The translations under genes and the position numbers were made by a program. The notes under the pieces are model-generated. The model saw only the letters and a list, made by a program, of their open reading frames with translations, made no database searches and had not been told where the DNA came from. A stretch of DNA of 23,272 bases from Octopus sinensis (Eukaryota). The stretch lies in assembly GCF_006345805.1 (NCBI RefSeq), contig NW_021836674.1, positions 1 to 23,272 of the forward strand. The letters run 5' to 3'. Below, piece after piece: positions 20,692-23,272 of this stretch; position 1 is the stretch's first letter, and each line of letters opens with the position of its first letter.

Positions 20692-20940
20692 ATATAAAGG
20701 AAATGAAGAAAATGCTGACAAAACAATTTAAGTAATTTAAGTAATTAATTAGGTGAAAGTTCTTTTTACCGGTTGCGCATTTGTATGCTTATCAAAAAGA
20801 GAGATAGAGATGGTATATCTGTCTCTCTTTTTGATAAGCATAACAAATGCGCAACCGGTAAAAAGAACTTTCACCTAATTAAATTACTTAAATTACTTAA
20901 ATTATTTTGTCAGCTTTTCTTCATTTCCTTTTTTATATAT
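20692..20940. repeat. Long palindrome, arms of about 120 bp, short loop near 20811-20815, both ends running into TA repeats
   Basis: Left AAGGAAATGAAGAAAATGCTGACAAAAC..TTACCGGTTGCGCATTTG..AAGAGAGATAGA vs right TCTGTCTCTCTT..CAAATGCGCAACCGGTAA..TTTTGTCAGCTTTTCTTCATTTCCTT; only a few substitutions and indels. Confidence 0.96.
20827..20865 (+). ncRNA. Degenerate hammerhead-like motif in the right palindrome arm (mirror copy at 20762-20799 on the - strand)
   Basis: CTTT | TTGATAA | GCAT AACAA ATGC | GCAA CCGG TA | AAAAG: G-C-closed 4-bp stem II, palindromic ACCGGT stem III, GUA triplet, stem I CTTT(T)/AAAAG; core changes C3>U, G8>A, A13>C. Confidence 0.5.
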
Positions 20941-20968
20941 CACAACTCGTGTTCCACATCTCCTTTTT

Positions 20969-21005
<37 letters not shown>

Positions 21006-21194
21006 GTAAATGTCTAGCGATGAAAATGTACATTGGTGAATATAATTTTTTTTTTTTGTGAATTAAGGCTACTATTGAATTGATGTTAAGAAAAATAGGA
21101 AAATATCTTGGTGTCTTAATTTTTCAAGCCGATCACGTAGAGAAAGGTGTTCGCCTCCTTATGTATGTATGCATTAAAAAAAATGATCAGAAGT

Positions 21195-21432
21195 CAGTCC
21201 TTCCCGAGTCATACGCCCATGAGGCCGCCTTCCTCGAGTTTGTGGTGTATATATTCACTTTAGGACGAGGCCTCAGTCCGTCCCAGGATTACTCATTTTT
21301 GGCAGCTGTGTGGACTGGAGCAACGTGAAATGAAGTTTCTTGTTGAAGAATACAATGCATGACCCGGTCCAGAAATCGAAACCACGTTCATACGAACATG
21401 GGTGCAACACTCTAATCACCTAACCACGCGCC
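21195..21432 (-). mobile_element. Family C CORE-like SINE (variant 3' part)
   Basis: ACTCATTTTTGGCAGCTGTGTGGACTGGAGCAACGTGAAAT..AATCGAAACC..CTCTAATCAC.TAACCACGCGCC is the reverse complement of the family C head and CORE. Confidence 0.85.
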
Positions 21433-21449
21433 AACACACACACACACGT

Positions 21450-21489
21450 AACGCGCACCCATATATACATACATACATACGTACATACA

Positions 21490-21523
<34 letters not shown>

Positions 21524-21529
21524 CATACA

Positions 21530-21563
<34 letters not shown>

Positions 21564-21660
21564 CATACATACATACATACATACATACATACATACATAC
21601 ATACATACATACATACATACATACATGCATACATACATGCATATATACACACATACACAT
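21450..21660. repeat. (TACA)n tetranucleotide array
   Basis: Direct reading. Confidence 0.97.
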
Positions 21661-21813
21661 AATTCATCGTCACTAAAAAGAACTAAGTGTGCAGGGAGCA
21701 CCAACATTGCTAGAAATGAGAGTCACAGACTCTTTAACCACAAATAAAGCACATGTTCTATGTACTAACAAGGAAGATAAAATTCCCCCACAGCAAGCGA
21801 GGAAGTCAGATAA

Positions 21814-22088
21814 GCGCGCTAATTTCACATGAAATTACAGATCATCAATGACACTCCATTGCCGATAGTGAAGCCAAATTTCCCTTGTCAGTATTTATAG
21901 GATTTACCATAGGAATCAATGGCTGAGTCAGCAAAACGGTAATGTGAAATTTGTAAAATAATTAGGGTGGCTAGACGCAATTTAAAACCAAAGAAGGAAA
22001 TAAATCACCGTCACTAAAAGTGACTTTTCACCACAGCAATGGAGTAGGTATCATCGATGAACATTAATTTCATGCGAAATTAGCGCAC
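21814..22088. mobile_element. PIF/Harbinger-like (Tourist-type) MITE, 275 bp, imperfect TIRs of about 60 bp, TAA TSD
   Basis: Left GCGCGCTAATTTCACATGAAATTACAGATCATCAATGAC-ACTCCATTGCCGATAGTGAA vs reverse complement of the right end GTGCGCTAATTTCGCATGAAATTAATGTTCATCGATGATACCTACTCCATTGCTGTGGTGAA; TAA at 21811-21813 and 22089-22091. Confidence 0.72.
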
Positions 22089-22519
22089 TAAATACCAAAA
22101 TAAAATTTTGGATATATGGAGGGTAAAAGTTAGGAAGAAAAACAGAACCGAACGAAAACAAACGTGGAGTGTCGTCAGACCTGAACGAGGGGAAAATAGT
22201 GAATGTTGAAAGAAATATTTTCTTTGAAAAGAGAAAAGATAGAAGAGAGAGAGATAAGCGACGTCCAGTCCTTAGAATGTCCGTGCTGGAAAGAAAGGTG
22301 GTTACCTGAGGAAAAGAAAGATGGACGATGGTCACATGTGAGCAACGAGAGAGAGGAAACGAGAAAGAGGGGAAGAGTGAGAGAAACAGAGAGAAAAACG
22401 ATGAAAGGGAGAAAAAGGGAATTAGAGAGGATAGGAGAGAAAACAGTGTAGAGTTGCATCAAAAAGGTTACAATAAACTTACTTGGAAATGGATTCGTCG
22501 CGTTGAATTAAATAATAAT

Positions 22520-22551
<32 letters not shown>

Positions 22552-22703
22552 CCTATATGGGTACAGGACGTCACTAACAGTAAACAACAAGAAATACGAA
22601 AACAAATGAGCTAAATGCGCAAATAACGAGAGAGAAAAAGGACAAGTAATACAAAGAATGACCCTTCATCAGTTGTCGGCTGTCTATACACATATAGACA
22701 GCC

Positions 22704-22704
<1 letters not shown>

Positions 22705-22760
<56 letters not shown>

Positions 22761-22774
22761 TGTGTGTGTGTGTG
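22705..22774. repeat. (GA)n(GT)n microsatellite
   Basis: Direct reading. Confidence 0.97.
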
Positions 22775-22916
22775 GCGTATTTTAACGTGTATAAGAAGAC
22801 CTTTATTGTCAAAAATTAGGTTTAAAAATATGGAAGTATTATAATCCTTCACAAAACCTTTTTCCAAATTTTAAGCCTCCAAAATTAGGGGGTTCTTTAT
22901 ACAAGTTAAAATACGT
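22775..22916. mobile_element. Tc2/pogo-like (CCGTA-terminus) MITE, about 142 bp
   Basis: TIRs CGTATTTTAACGTGTATAAGAAGACC and GGTTCTTTATACAAGTTAAAATACG; TA immediately after the right end. Confidence 0.7.
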
Positions 22917-22969
22917 TATATATATATATATTATATAATATATATATATTAATGGTTCAGTTTTCACAG

Positions 22970-23017
22970 CTGAGTCCAGCGTGAAAGTGATAGGAGGTGC
23001 TTGCGTACTGATCTTCT
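22970..23017 (+). CDS. Candidate 48-nt internal coding exon, phase 1/1, reading (A)ESSVKVIGGACVLIF
   Basis: Acceptor TTTTCACAG|, donor |GTAAGT, branch-like TTAAT about 18 nt upstream; length divisible by 3; only one of three frames is stop-free. Protein not recognised. Confidence 0.55.
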
Positions 23018-23272
23018 GTAAGTTAAGTGGCCTATCAGTTGATATGAGTCCAAACACTGCTGCCACAAGTTTGTCCCATATGTTGCTTTATGAGTGCAGA
23101 AACTAAGTGCTTATAAACGCGGGTCTTTGGCATCAGACATCATGAGAGTGTGTGCAAAAGTGTGGATGTATTACATTAGCTCTTTAGTGCATACTGCGAT
23201 GGTTATAGAACTCTGGGTTCATATTGAGTTTGTGGAAGATTGTTATGCGTGTTGCAGCACTATAATGGTAAT

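Overview
AT-rich, microsatellite-saturated eukaryotic DNA, almost entirely repeats. The interspersed-repeat complement looks like coleoid cephalopod (most likely Octopus); that is recognition from memory, not a database hit. There is no intact protein-coding gene, rRNA, true tRNA or CRISPR array, and nearly all ORFs in the track are microsatellite translation artefacts. Supported content: (i) many copies of three tRNA-derived SINE families (A: Deu/Nin-like body; B: head + internal microsatellite + tail; C: CORE-like) and a fourth repeat family (D) without Pol III boxes; (ii) a dead Penelope-like (GIY-YIG endonuclease) 3' fragment duplicated in tandem with an 853-bp period; (iii) an internally deleted DD37D (maT) Tc1/mariner element, a mariner-derived MITE, two hAT MITEs, a PIF/Harbinger-like MITE and a Tc2/pogo-like MITE; (iv) two long near-perfect palindromes; (v) one plausible 48-nt symmetric coding exon near the right end, suggesting the window may be mostly intron of a + strand gene. 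The most interesting pattern is five degenerate minimal type-I hammerhead-ribozyme-like motifs, two of them mirrored in one palindrome. Each lies in a short T-rich segment abutting a (TA)n/(TG)n tract, alongside Penelope remnants that also start at (TA)n. This suggests a microsatellite-associated Penelope/retrozyme-like system. All alignments were done by eye; element boundaries are approximate unless a TSD or TIR is quoted.
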